Assembly (NCBI GenBank): GCA_015233485.1
Contig: JADFXO010000001.1
Coordinates: 1-37,924, forward strand
Origin: Nitrospirota bacterium
GTDB taxonomy: Bacteria; Nitrospirota; Thermodesulfovibrionia; Thermodesulfovibrionales; Magnetobacteriaceae
Direction: 5' to 3'
DNA: 37,924 nucleotides
The position numbers and the translations under genes are program-made. Positions 1 through 10,135 of the stretch are shown in pieces; position 1 is the stretch's first letter; every line of letters begins with the position of its first letter. A model generated the notes under the pieces. That model had not been told where the DNA came from and did not search any database. It was given only the letters and a program-made list of their open reading frames with translations.

Positions 1-32
1 GGAATACGCAATAGGCGCAGGGGTGAGAGAAT

Positions 33-3000
33 ATGGACATAAAGGGTGTTATAGAGCCGAGAATTCCGGTATCTACATACCGGCTGCAGCTTAGTGGAGG
101 TTTCAAGTTTTCCGATGCCGCCGCAATCGTTCCATACCTGAATGCACTTGGGATAAGCGACATCTATGCCTCCCCATATTTAAGGGCAAAAAGCGGCAGT
201 GCCCACGGCTATGACATCGTTGACCCCACAGTTATAAGCGAGGAGTTAGGGGGTGAAGGCGAGTATGAACTTCTGATAAGAGAGTTGAAAAAAATCGGCA
301 TGGGCCAGATAATGGATATAGTGCCTAACCACATGTGCGCGGCCTCAAGTGATAACATTTACTGGATGGACATGCTGGAAAACGGTGAGAATTCCCAATA
401 TGCCCATTTTTTCGACATAAACTGGAATTCCACCAATAAAGACCTGGAGCATAAGATACTTATTCCGGTGTTGGGGAGCCAATATGGGGTCACGCTGGAA
501 AACAAGGAACTGCAGATAGCCTTTGAGGAAGGCGCTTTTTTTGTTTATTATTTCAGCAATAAATACCCCCTAACGCCGCTGACATATAGAAATATATTGT
601 CCTACGATATAAATAAATTAGAGGACGCAATAGGAAAGGACAATAATGACTTCATGGAGTTTCTGAGCATAATAACGGCGATAAGCAACCTGCCATCGTA
701 CCTTGAAACCGATGAAGGGAAAATAATCGAACGTACGCGCGAAAAGGAAATCATAAAAAAGCGGTTAAATATCCTCTACAACGAATGTGTAGAGGTTAAA
801 TCCTTTATAAATACAAACATATCTGTTTTTAACGGCGTCAGCGGCAATCCGAGGAGTTTTGATTTACTTGATTCTCTCATGAGAGACCAGGTGTACAGGC
901 TGGCTTTTTGGCGTGTGGCTACGGAGGAGATAAATTACAGAAGGTTTTTCGACATTAACGACCTTGCCGCTATCAGAATGGAAGACAATGATGTTCTTAC
1001 TGAGACCCATAAAGTAGTTTTCCGGCTTATAAGGGAGGGGAAAGTAACCGGCCTAAGGATAGACCATCCGGATGGCCTGTTTAATCCGGTAGAGTATTTT
1101 CGCAGGCTGCAAAAAAGGTGCTACATCGAATTGAAGATTTCCGATTATGAGAAAACTGTTATTGGCGGGCGTAAGGCAGAGGATGAGCTGAATAAGGAAA
1201 TCGAGGCCATATATTTATCCAACCCTGATTATAAGGCATTTTACATAGTAGGCGAGAAGATTTTTTCAAAGAACGAAACTATGCCGCCCAATTGGTTGAT
1301 TTCCGGCTCTACGGGGTATGCCTTTTTAAATTCGGTAAACGGAATTTTCATAGATACGGAAAATGCCCGGAGGTTTGATGAGTTATATTCGAAGTTTATC
1401 GCCGTCGAAGACAACTCAAGTTTTACCGGATTATCCCCCGAATTGATAGGTAAAAGGTTATCTTTCAGAGAGATAATGTACGAAAAGAAGAAGCTGATAA
1501 CACAGGTTTCCATGTCAAGCGAGATAAACACCCTTGGCCATTATCTTAAGGATATATCGGTAATAGACAGGCACACAAGGGATTTTACATTGAACAGTCT
1601 TATAAAAGTTATTACAGAGGTGATTGCTTTTTTCCCTGTTTACAGGACGTATATATCTTCCTACGAGGTAACGGACACTGATCGCAAGTATATAAAATAT
1701 GCCATAGCAAGGGCAAAAAGGAGAAACCTGTCTATAAGCTCCACGATTTTTGATTTCCTGGAAAATGTGTTGCTTATGAAATTCCCCGATGATTATTCGG
1801 AAGGGGACAAGGTGCGGTGGTTGGGGTTTGTAATGAAATTTCAACAAATTACCGGCCCGGTAATGGCAAAGGGATTAGAGGACACGGCCTTTTATATATA
1901 CAACCGGCTTACGTCCTTAAATGAGGTGGGAGGGCATCCAGAGGACTTCGGAACCCATTTGAGCGAATTCCATAAAAGAAACATTGAAAGCCACAATTAC
2001 CAGCCCTACGCGTTAATAACGACCTCTACCCACGATACAAAAAGAGGCGAGGATACGAGGGCAAGGATAAACGTGCTTTCGGAAATTCCAGGGGAATGGG
2101 AAAAACTCATATTGCGGTTAAACAAGGCACTCGAAAAAAATAAAACGGTTATAGACAATAAGATGTTACCCGACCGTAACGACGAATACCGTCTATATCA
2201 AACATTAGCAGGCGTAGGCCTATAGAATTGACCGTAGATAAGATGGAGACGGCGGCCTGTGAGGCGTTTAAAACACGCATAAAAGACTATATGTTAAAAG
2301 CGGTAAGAGAGGCCAAGGTCAACTCCTCATGGATGAACCCTGATGCCGGTTATGAAGGCGCTTTAATGAAATTCATCGATGATTTATTTGGCAGCAACAA
2401 AGAGCTTTATAAATATTTTTTCCCATTTAAGGACATAGTTTCGAATTGTGGACTGTATAACTCGTTGTCACAGGTTTTGTTAAAAATAACGGCAACGGGG
2501 GTACCGGATTTCTATCAGGGGACAGAGCTATGGGATTTCAGTTTGGTTGACCCTGACAACCGAAGGCCGGTGGATTATGGATTAAGAGCGGTGTTGCTTG
2601 AAGATATTAAGAAAGCTGAGAAAGAAATGGGCGCTTTAAATCTGGCTGCCTTGTTAACGAAGAACAAAAAAGATGGCAGAATAAAAATGTACCTTATATA
2701 TAAGGCACTTAATTTTAGGAAATCCTGCAAGGAATTGTTTGAGCGGGGGGAATACTTGCCGCTTCAAACAATAGGCACCAATGCGCGCAGCGTATGCGCC
2801 TTTGCGAGGCATTATAATGGCGGCATAGTATTTGTTATAACTCCGAGGTTTGTTGCGAAGATAATAACAAATAATGGTGAATTGCATTTTAAAAGAAAGA
2901 TATGGGGAAATAACTATGTAGTAATTCCATTTATGGAAAATATCGCCGGTTTTAAAGAAAAGGAAATCATATTCCGCAATATATTTACCGGAGAGACCAT

Positions 3001-3097
3001 AGAGCTTAATAAACACGGGGAGGCACTTCACCTGCCCCTGCATAATTTGTTTGACAATTTTCCAGCAGCAATGCTAATAAATGCACAGACACAGTAG
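33..3097 (+). pseudogene. treY: Malto-oligosyltrehalose synthase (GH13), split by a 1-bp frameshift near 2216 (ORFs 33..2225 and 2228..3097); may be an assembly error
   Basis: Motifs STYRLQ, HGYDIVDP, DIVPNHM, INYRRFFDI, GLRIDHPDGL and STHDTKRGED in ORF1; KAVREAK and GVPDFYQGTELWDFSLVDPDNRRPVD in ORF2. Adding one T after 2216 restores G-V-W-P and one ~1021-aa frame. Confidence 0.9.
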
Positions 3098-3228
3098 GCC
3101 ATATCGTCCCGCCCGTTATAGCTATTGGCGAGATAATGAAAAATAATGGTATCATATGCGACAGCGACGTTGTCGCGGCCAGTGTTTCGGTGTTTGAGAA
3201 GGGTTTTAGTGTTAAGTAAAGAGGCGGG

Positions 3229-4988
3229 ATGACAGATTCGACGGCACCTGCGGGCAACATAAGATATGGAGAAGAGCTAAAAGAGAGCGAAGAACTCTTT
3301 AGGGCGCTCTTTGATAACATGCCTGACGCTATTTTTATCGCGGATATAGAGACAGGGCTGGTAGTTGACGCTAACCCCTCCGCGTCAGCCCTGCTTATGA
3401 GGCCAAGAGAAGAGATCATCGGAATGCACCCGTGCGCGCTCCACCCGCCGGATGCAAAGCCACATTCAAAAGATACATTTATACGGCACGTATCAGAGGC
3501 CAGAAGGGGGATACCCGCAAGACCGGTCGAAAACAAGATGCTAAGGGCCGACGGTTCGCAGGTATGGGTGGATGTCAGCTCCAGGCTTATTACCATAGGC
3601 GGCAAGGAGTTCCTGTTATGCGTATTCAGAAATATATCGAAACGTAAGAAGGCGGCGGCAGACCTCGACACATTTTTCACAATATCCCACGATATGATGT
3701 GCATCGCCGATACCAATGGATATTTCAGAAAGGTAAATCCAATGTTCGAAAAAACGCTTGGGTTTACGTCTGAAGAGCTTATGTCAAGACCTTTTATCGA
3801 ATTCGTACATCCGGACGACAGGCAAAAGACACTGGATGAGACACTAAAACTCTCTCATGGGATACCCACAGCACATTTCGAGAACCGATATGTATGTAAG
3901 GACGGGACGTATAGGGATATCTCGTGGGTGTCTTCGCCGGATGCGGGGTTGATTTACGCCACCGCCCGCGATATAACCGAAAAGAAAAAAATAGAAGAGG
4001 AGATCAAGGTTGAGCGGGATAAGTTGCTTTCCATTATGGAAACCATTGACGACGGTATTTATATTACCAGTATAAACGGCGAACTTGAATATGTAAACCC
4101 CGTGCTGGAACGAGAATTCGGCGTGATAACCAGACGCAAATGTTACGAGTATTTTCACGGCAAACAGGAGCCGTGTCCGTGGTGCAGGAGACAGGAGGTC
4201 TTTTCTGGACAAACCATACACTGGCAGTGGTATTACCCCAGGAACGAAAAGACGTATCACCGGTACGATACCGCGATAAAAAACAAAGACGGCTCAATAT
4301 CGAAATTTGCTTTGTTCCACGACATAACCGAGCTTAAAAACGCTGAGAAGCAGATAACCGCCTCGCTTAAAGAGAAGGAGATGCTGATTGGGGAAATCCA
4401 CCACAGGGTCAAAAACAACCTCACGATAATCTCAAGTCTCTGAGGATGCAGGCTTCTTCTATCAAGGATGCAAACGCCCTGAGGATATTTAAAGAGACAG
4501 AGAACCGGATAGAATCGATTTCCTCTGTTCACGAGATGCTCTATCACTCCAAAGACATGGCCAGCGTCGATTTCAGGGGATACGTCAACAAACTCATAAA
4601 GACTATTTACACCACTTACGGGGATAGAATGTCCGGCGTTGAGCTGACAACAGATGTGGGAGACGTATCTTTGGGGATAGATTTGGCCATACCGTGTGGG
4701 CTGTTGATTAATGAACTCCTCACCAACGCGGTGAAATACGCGTTTCCCGATGGTAAGACCGGCGAGATATACATAGGCCTTCATCCCGCGGCTGACGATA
4801 CAATTGAACTGACTGTCAGAGACGACGGCCTGGGCATCCCCTCGGTACTTGATATATGGAATACGGAGACACTTGGCTACCAGTTGATAACGGGTATAGC
4901 CAGGACACAACTCAATGGTGAAATAGAACTGAACACAGATAAAGGAACGGAAATAAAGGTGCGCTTTAAGGTGCGGGACAATGGATAA
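3229..4988 (+). pseudogene. Multi-PAS sensor histidine kinase (HisKA_2 type), split by a 1-bp frameshift at ~4440 (ORFs 3229..4443 and 4446..4988)
   Basis: Three PAS-like segments, H-box [10 protein letters not shown], then ELLTNAVKYAF and VRDDGLG in the second ORF. Adding one base at 4440/4441 gives ISSLLRMQ and one ~586-aa frame. Confidence 0.85.
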
Positions 4989-6207
4989 AAAATCCGTACT
5001 AATCGTAGAAGATGAGTTCATAATCGCAAACAGTATAAAAATGGCCCTGCAGGATATGGGCTATGCCGTAACCGCCATAGTGTCCTCAGGGCGGCAAGCG
5101 GTAGAACTGGCACAGACAGGCAGCCCCGACGTCATCCTTATGGATATATTGCTGAAGGGGCGGATGGACGGGATAGAGGCGGCAAGGATGATACGCGAAG
5201 ATTACGATATACCTATAATCTTTCTGACCTCGCACGCCAACGAGAGCCTGCTTGAGAGGGCGAAGCTGACAGAGCCGTTCGGGTATTTACTTAAACCGTT
5301 TCAGGACAAGGAATTGCAGACAAACATAGAGATGGCCCTCTACAGGCACGACATGGAGAACAGGCTGAAGGAATTAAACCGGACGCTCGAAAACAGGGTA
5401 AAAGAAGAGACCGAAATCAGCAGACAGAAGGACTACCTGCTGATACAACAGTCCAAAATGGCGTCGATGGGCGAGATGATAGTGGCAATTGGCCACCAGT
5501 GGCGCCAACCCCTGAATGCCGTCGCCCTGTATGTGCAGGACGCCAGAGACGCCTTTGACAGCGGCGAACTCGACAAAGCCTATATGTCTGAAATGGTGGA
5601 AGGCACCTTAAGGCAAGTCACGTTCATGTCAAATACCATAAACGACTTCACAAACTTCTTTAGGCCAAGCAAGAAAAAGACACCGTTTAATATAAACATC
5701 GCCATAAAGGAAGTAGTAAACCTCGTCTATGATCTATTTAAGAAGGCCGGCATAGAAATCACATTCTCATGTATATATCCCGAAGCTGTACGAAAGCCGT
5801 GCGAAAATCAAATGAAGGATATCTGTATCTGTGAACCGGGTCTGATTGTGGAGGGATTCAAAAACGAATTCAAGCAGGTGATACTCAACATCTTATGTAA
5901 CGCCAGGGATGTAGTCATCGGACATAAAGACATGGGTTTTATCAGTGAAGGCGAGATCTCAGTTGAGCTGTCAAAGTTGGCCGGTATGGTAAAAATCGAG
6001 ATAAAAGACAACGGAGGAGGCATACCGGCAGAATTTATAGATAAGCTGTTTGAGCCATATTTTACGACAAAAGGCGCTAAGGGCACGGGCATAGGCCTCT
6101 ACATGTCAAAGGTAATCATAGAAAGTAATATGGGCGGCAGGATATACGCAGTCAACGGCGAAAAAGGCGCCGTCTTTACAATAGAGCTGAACCGCTTTAA
6201 CGGCTAA
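4981..6207 (+). CDS. Hybrid response regulator receiver / histidine kinase
   Basis: N-terminal REC (LIVEDE, DVILMD, KPF), H-box GHQWRQPLN, HATPase (NARD, DNGGG, FTTK, GTGIGL); overlaps the upstream gene by 8 bp. Confidence 0.9.
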   Translation: MDKKSVLIVEDEFIIANSIKMALQDMGYAVTAIVSSGRQAVELAQTGSPDVILMDILLKGRMDGIEAARMIREDYDIPIIFLTSHANESLLERAKLTEPFGYLLKPFQDKELQTNIEMALYRHDMENRLKELNRTLENRVKEETEISRQKDYLLIQQSKMASMGEMIVAIGHQWRQPLNAVALYVQDARDAFDSGELDKAYMSEMVEGTLRQVTFMSNTINDFTNFFRPSKKKTPFNINIAIKEVVNLVYDLFKKAGIEITFSCIYPEAVRKPCENQMKDICICEPGLIVEGFKNEFKQVILNILCNARDVVIGHKDMGFISEGEISVELSKLAGMVKIEIKDNGGGIPAEFIDKLFEPYFTTKGAKGTGIGLYMSKVIIESNMGGRIYAVNGEKGAVFTIELNRFNG

Positions 6208-6328
6208 GGATTAAAGACGAAGGGGGATAATCCCCCTTCACCCCGTATTCTCGCACACGTTTAACTATTGAATTTGGGCTGCCGCCGCCAAGACGGGGGA
6301 TTATCCCCTCGTTGGCGGCTTCGGCACT
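6205..6328 (+). repeat. Dispersed ~100-120-bp palindrome-rich element, copy 1
   Basis: taaggattaaagacgaaggggg..cccccttcaccccgtattctcgcaca...attgaattt..gctgccgcc...cgttggcggcttcgg.act matches the reverse complement of 10029-10132. Confidence 0.85.
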
Positions 6329-6348
6329 GAGGCTGCAACAATAAAACT

Positions 6349-7917
6349 ATGTCAAAAGATACCATATATGGTAAAATTTACTCAGCGATGTCTGAAACGA
6401 ACTCACAACAACACGGTTCTAACACAATACACACGCTTTACATCGGGTGTTTTGTTGCTATAGTCCTGTCGGCAGTGATTCTAAGGATGTATAAGGCGTA
6501 TTATACCGGAGTAATTTATGACGAGGCCCTAACGTATTTTAGATTCGCAAGGGATTTCAACAGTGCCGTTTCGGACTATTCGACGACAAACAATCACCTG
6601 TTGAACTCTGTGTTGATTTATCTGTCGGTTAACATCTTAGGACAATTGGGCAGTTTCATGGGAGTGCCGGCCATACGGCTGCCCGCGTTTTTTTTTGGCA
6701 TAGTTTATGTGGTATCGATTGCGGTTATTATAGAGTCCGCGTTAAGAAACAGGCCTCTGAAGATACTCGTGCTGGCGCTGTGCCTGTCCAATTATTTTAT
6801 ATTCGACTTATCCATCCTGGCAAGGGGATATGCCATAGCCCTTGGCGCAGTGTATTGCGAACTGCTTCTTGTTATCTTATATCCAACGCTCTTAAAAGAT
6901 TATGATAAGTCTATGGTTTTTCTTCTCAGCGCCCTGAATTTCATTGCGCTTGGAGCGATGCTGACCAGTTTATACACCATTGTGCCTCTAAATCTTGCCT
7001 TCCTTGCCGTGATGTACCATACTAAAAATGACTGTGCGGCCGCGGACAAGCCCTCCGGCGCGTTTAAGAAGGTCTTGCTTAAGAAGGTCTTTGAGATGGG
7101 AAGCGCTATTATGTGCTTTTCTTCCTTGCCGCTGGCGTTATTGTATATCAAAGTTATTACGACAATAATCTCGGCTGCCGCAGTGAAAAGCGAAATAAAC
7201 GAGGCCCCTGCAACTATCCTGAATGCGCTGATAACCGAAGGCCTGTTTTCAAAATGGGGATTTCACCTGTGGAATCTTGAAAATATAACGCGTGCTATTA
7301 TGCTGCCTGTAATGCTTATCCTTGCCGTATTGTTTATATTAAATATAATAGTAAATAAAAAAACCTTAACGCCTGCTGCCCTTATTATTTTATCGGTGCT
7401 GGCGGCTTCGTTTTCTTTGGCTTACATAGCACATACAGCGGCGGGGTTGTCGCTGGGCTTTACGCGCAACCATGTGTTCTGGCTCCCTCTGATTGTTCTA
7501 ACGGCCGGGATTATTGCAGATGGGGCATTAGATTGCCGTATTATTGGGCAGGTGTTTATGAGGGCCGGCACATGCTTGATTTGCTTGATATTGATTGTCC
7601 TGACAGCCGGGCCGCTTGCCTCCTTACGTGTTGTAACCACATATGACTGGAGGACTCAAAGTGTCGTTGGCCCGCTGCTTAGGGAGTTAAAAAAAACAGA
7701 CGCCACTAGGCGCTGGAGGGTTGGATTTTCAGACAAACTCGATTTTAATCTCTTTCCATACCTATTTTATAACGGTGAAGCCTACAGGATTAGCGATTCA
7801 GATGTTGCCGTGTATCATATATCGGAACAAAATCAACACCCCGAAAATCCATACGAGTATGATTTATTTAAGAAATTCGATTGTATTGTGGTGCTTGCCG
7901 CCCGTACTCAGAGATAA
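6349..7917 (+). CDS. Polytopic membrane protein, probable GT-C glycosyltransferase (ArnT/PMT-like)
   Basis: YDEA motif after the first TM helix, NNHLLNS and ARGYA motifs, roughly a dozen hydrophobic segments. The start may be the ATG at 6388. Confidence 0.65.
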   Translation: MSKDTIYGKIYSAMSETNSQQHGSNTIHTLYIGCFVAIVLSAVILRMYKAYYTGVIYDEALTYFRFARDFNSAVSDYSTTNNHLLNSVLIYLSVNILGQLGSFMGVPAIRLPAFFFGIVYVVSIAVIIESALRNRPLKILVLALCLSNYFIFDLSILARGYAIALGAVYCELLLVILYPTLLKDYDKSMVFLLSALNFIALGAMLTSLYTIVPLNLAFLAVMYHTKNDCAAADKPSGAFKKVLLKKVFEMGSAIMCFSSLPLALLYIKVITTIISAAAVKSEINEAPATILNALITEGLFSKWGFHLWNLENITRAIMLPVMLILAVLFILNIIVNKKTLTPAALIILSVLAASFSLAYIAHTAAGLSLGFTRNHVFWLPLIVLTAGIIADGALDCRIIGQVFMRAGTCLICLILIVLTAGPLASLRVVTTYDWRTQSVVGPLLRELKKTDATRRWRVGFSDKLDFNLFPYLFYNGEAYRISDSDVAVYHISEQNQHPENPYEYDLFKKFDCIVVLAARTQR

Positions 7918-7949
7918 GACGGGACGCTATGACACGGGACGCTATTATG

Positions 7950-7979
7950 TTGCAATAAGCGCTGATTCTGTGATAGAAT
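7950..7979 (+). promoter_or_regulatory. Putative sigma70 promoter for the CheY/CheC/GGDEF operon
   Basis: TTGCAA-N18-TAGAAT with an extended -10 TG. Confidence 0.45.
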
Positions 7980-8019
7980 CTGGTTCAACAGATTATTATT
8001 AATACCGGCGAGGTGTCTT

Positions 8020-8403
8020 GTGAGTTTTTCGTTACTTTTGGTGGATGATTCAAATGTGGCCAGGCGTTATGTCAGGAAAGAGCTGCTGTCTCTGCTGAAT
8101 TACGAAGAAATTGTGGTGACAGAAGGGTCAAATGGTAAGGAGGCATGTGCGGCCTGTCACGCTTATAAGGTTGACCTGTTAATGTTAGACCTGACGATGC
8201 CTGAGATGACCGGCTACGATGTGCTTGAACATTTTAAGAAAAATGCAATGGCGATAAAGGCAATCGTACTAAGCGCCGATATTCAGCCCGGTGTTGAGGA
8301 GAGAGTTAAGGGTTTGGGGGCTATCGGTTATTTGAAAAAACCTTTTAATAGGGAACAAATGGTTAAAGTCCTTAAAGAGAATGGATTTCATGTTAAAAAT
8401 TAG
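8020..8403 (+). CDS. Single-domain CheY-like response regulator
   Basis: LLVDDS, LLMLDLTMPEMTG, LSAD, KKPF; GTG start after GAGG. Confidence 0.9.
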   Translation: MSFSLLLVDDSNVARRYVRKELLSLLNYEEIVVTEGSNGKEACAACHAYKVDLLMLDLTMPEMTGYDVLEHFKKNAMAIKAIVLSADIQPGVEERVKGLGAIGYLKKPFNREQMVKVLKENGFHVKN

Positions 8404-9031
8404 TCTTACGGAAGATGAGAAAGATTTATTAAAAGAGACCTTTAATCTTGCGTTAGGGCAGGCGGGTGACAAGCTCGCAAGGCTGTTGAAATCTTTTGTC
8501 GATTTATCTGTCCCTGAGATTGAGATACTTGAGGCGGAGAGGGTTGCGCAGAAGGTCTTACAAGATACTGTTTTTTCTATCTCAGACTCTGTGACGGCAT
8601 TGAGGCAGTCATTTTTTCACGAGACCCATGTCGATGGCGAGGCCATTGTGATATTTAACGACCAGACGGTTCAAACCGTTGCCGGAATTTTTGGCATCGA
8701 TAGTGTTGATGGGCACTCGCAGGAAATTGAAATAATGCTTGAGCTGACAAACATCATAGCAGGGGCGTGTTTAAACGGGATTGCCAATCAACTGTTTAAC
8801 GGGGATATGTCTTTCAAACCTCCCGCGGTGCTGGCCGACAAGGTCGATTTAACGAAGTTTGTCTATGGCGCGTTTCAACGAAGCCAGTTGAAATGGGACC
8901 ATACGTTGATGGTTAAGATAACGTTCAATTTGAAAGATATACAGTTTAAGAGCGATTTATTAATATTTATGTCCGAACAGGCAATTGAATCAGTGCAGAA
9001 GGCGCTTCAGAGGCTGCTTTCTGAGATGTGA
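8381..9031 (+). CDS. CheC-like phosphatase
   Basis: Two E-x2-N-x22-P motifs (DLLKETFN...VP and ELTN...KP). The start may be 8390. Confidence 0.8.
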   Translation: MDFMLKISLTEDEKDLLKETFNLALGQAGDKLARLLKSFVDLSVPEIEILEAERVAQKVLQDTVFSISDSVTALRQSFFHETHVDGEAIVIFNDQTVQTVAGIFGIDSVDGHSQEIEIMLELTNIIAGACLNGIANQLFNGDMSFKPPAVLADKVDLTKFVYGAFQRSQLKWDHTLMVKITFNLKDIQFKSDLLIFMSEQAIESVQKALQRLLSEM

Positions 9032-9037
9032 CGCTTT

Positions 9038-10006
9038 ATGGAAACGACTACGCAAGACATCGGAGATTATTTCAGTAAATCCATACTTGACAGCTTAAGT
9101 GTCGGAGTTGTAGTGCTTGATCTGTCGTATCGCGTGGTGGTGTGGAATGGTTTTATGTCTAAACATAGCGGTGTAGGCAGTGAAGACGTTGTAGGGAAGG
9201 ACTTATTCGATATATTCCCATATCTGTCAAGGAACTGGCTTGAGCTTAAATTCCAAAGTCTTAGGATACTAAAGAGTTATTCGTTTATCTCGTGGAAGCA
9301 AAGGCCATATTTGTTCAGGTTTCAGCATAACCGCCAGATAACGGGCGACGGCGGGTATATGTATCAGGATTGCACATTTATCCCGATATTGGACACCGAT
9401 GGCCGGACGGCCTTAATCTGTATGACCATTCAGGACATGACAGAGGCCGCACAATCGCAGAAGATTATGGACGAGGTAGTAGACGCCAACAAGGCCCTTC
9501 AACTCCTGACTAATTACGACGCACTGACCTCTGTCTATAACAGGGGTTACATAGAAAAACATCTCGAACAAGAATTCAACAAGTCCAAAAGGTACGGAAA
9601 TGTGTTCTCTTTAATAATGTTTGATCTGGATCATTTCAAAAACGTTAACGATACGTACGGGCATCTGGCAGGCGATGAGGTACTGAAAGGCGTTTCCAAA
9701 AAAGTCTGCGGCATGTTGCGAAACACTGATTCGTTGGGACGATATGGTGGTGAGGAGTTTATCATAATCTCAACAGAGACAAATGAAGCGGATGCCGTAC
9801 TCTTAGCAGAGCGGATTAGAAAGGCCGTAGGGCGTATGGCAATCACATCGGGTAATTATCATATAAACGCGACGATAAGCATGGGAGTGGCAGGGTTTCG
9901 CACAGATTTAAAAGACTACCTGCAGATGCTGCACGAGGCGGACATCGCCCTGTATAATTCAAAAAAACAAGGGCGCAACAGGGTCACGAAATACGCGCCA
10001 ACATAA
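9038..10006 (+). CDS. PAS-GGDEF diguanylate cyclase
   Basis: N-terminal PAS, DALT, DLDHFKNVNDTYGHLAGD, RxxD I-site (RNTD) five residues before GGEEF. Confidence 0.92.
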   Translation: METTTQDIGDYFSKSILDSLSVGVVVLDLSYRVVVWNGFMSKHSGVGSEDVVGKDLFDIFPYLSRNWLELKFQSLRILKSYSFISWKQRPYLFRFQHNRQITGDGGYMYQDCTFIPILDTDGRTALICMTIQDMTEAAQSQKIMDEVVDANKALQLLTNYDALTSVYNRGYIEKHLEQEFNKSKRYGNVFSLIMFDLDHFKNVNDTYGHLAGDEVLKGVSKKVCGMLRNTDSLGRYGGEEFIIISTETNEADAVLLAERIRKAVGRMAITSGNYHINATISMGVAGFRTDLKDYLQMLHEADIALYNSKKQGRNRVTKYAPT

Positions 10007-10028
10007 ACCACCGCATAGCCGAGGCCGG

Positions 10029-10132
10029 AGTACCGAAGCCGCCAACGGGCGGCAGCTTAAATTCAATAAATAAAACATGTGCGAGAATACGGGGTGAAGG
10101 GGGGGTTACCCCCCCTTCGTCTTTAATCCTTA
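10029..10132 (-). repeat. Dispersed palindrome-rich element, copy 2 (inverted relative to copy 1)
   Basis: Reverse complement aligns with 6205-6328 but lacks a ~23-bp internal hairpin; begins 3 nt after the cysM stop. Confidence 0.85.
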
Positions 10133-10135
10133 TGC

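Noticed and set aside
1395-1460. Possible repeat-derived insert in treY (ggattatcccc also occurs in the 6205 element)
   Set aside because: An 11-bp match is too short to support without an alignment.
2223-2225. Pyrrolysine or stop read-through at the treY TAG
   Set aside because: The continuation is in a different frame and an in-frame TGA follows two codons later.
4441-4443. Selenocysteine at the kinase TGA
   Set aside because: The downstream domain is in another frame; a 1-bp deletion explains it.
3006-5021. Long antisense ORFs (3006..3716, 4257..5021 and similar ones across the window, e.g. 27159..27596)
   Set aside because: They are shadows of well-supported genes on the opposite strand with no recognisable motifs.
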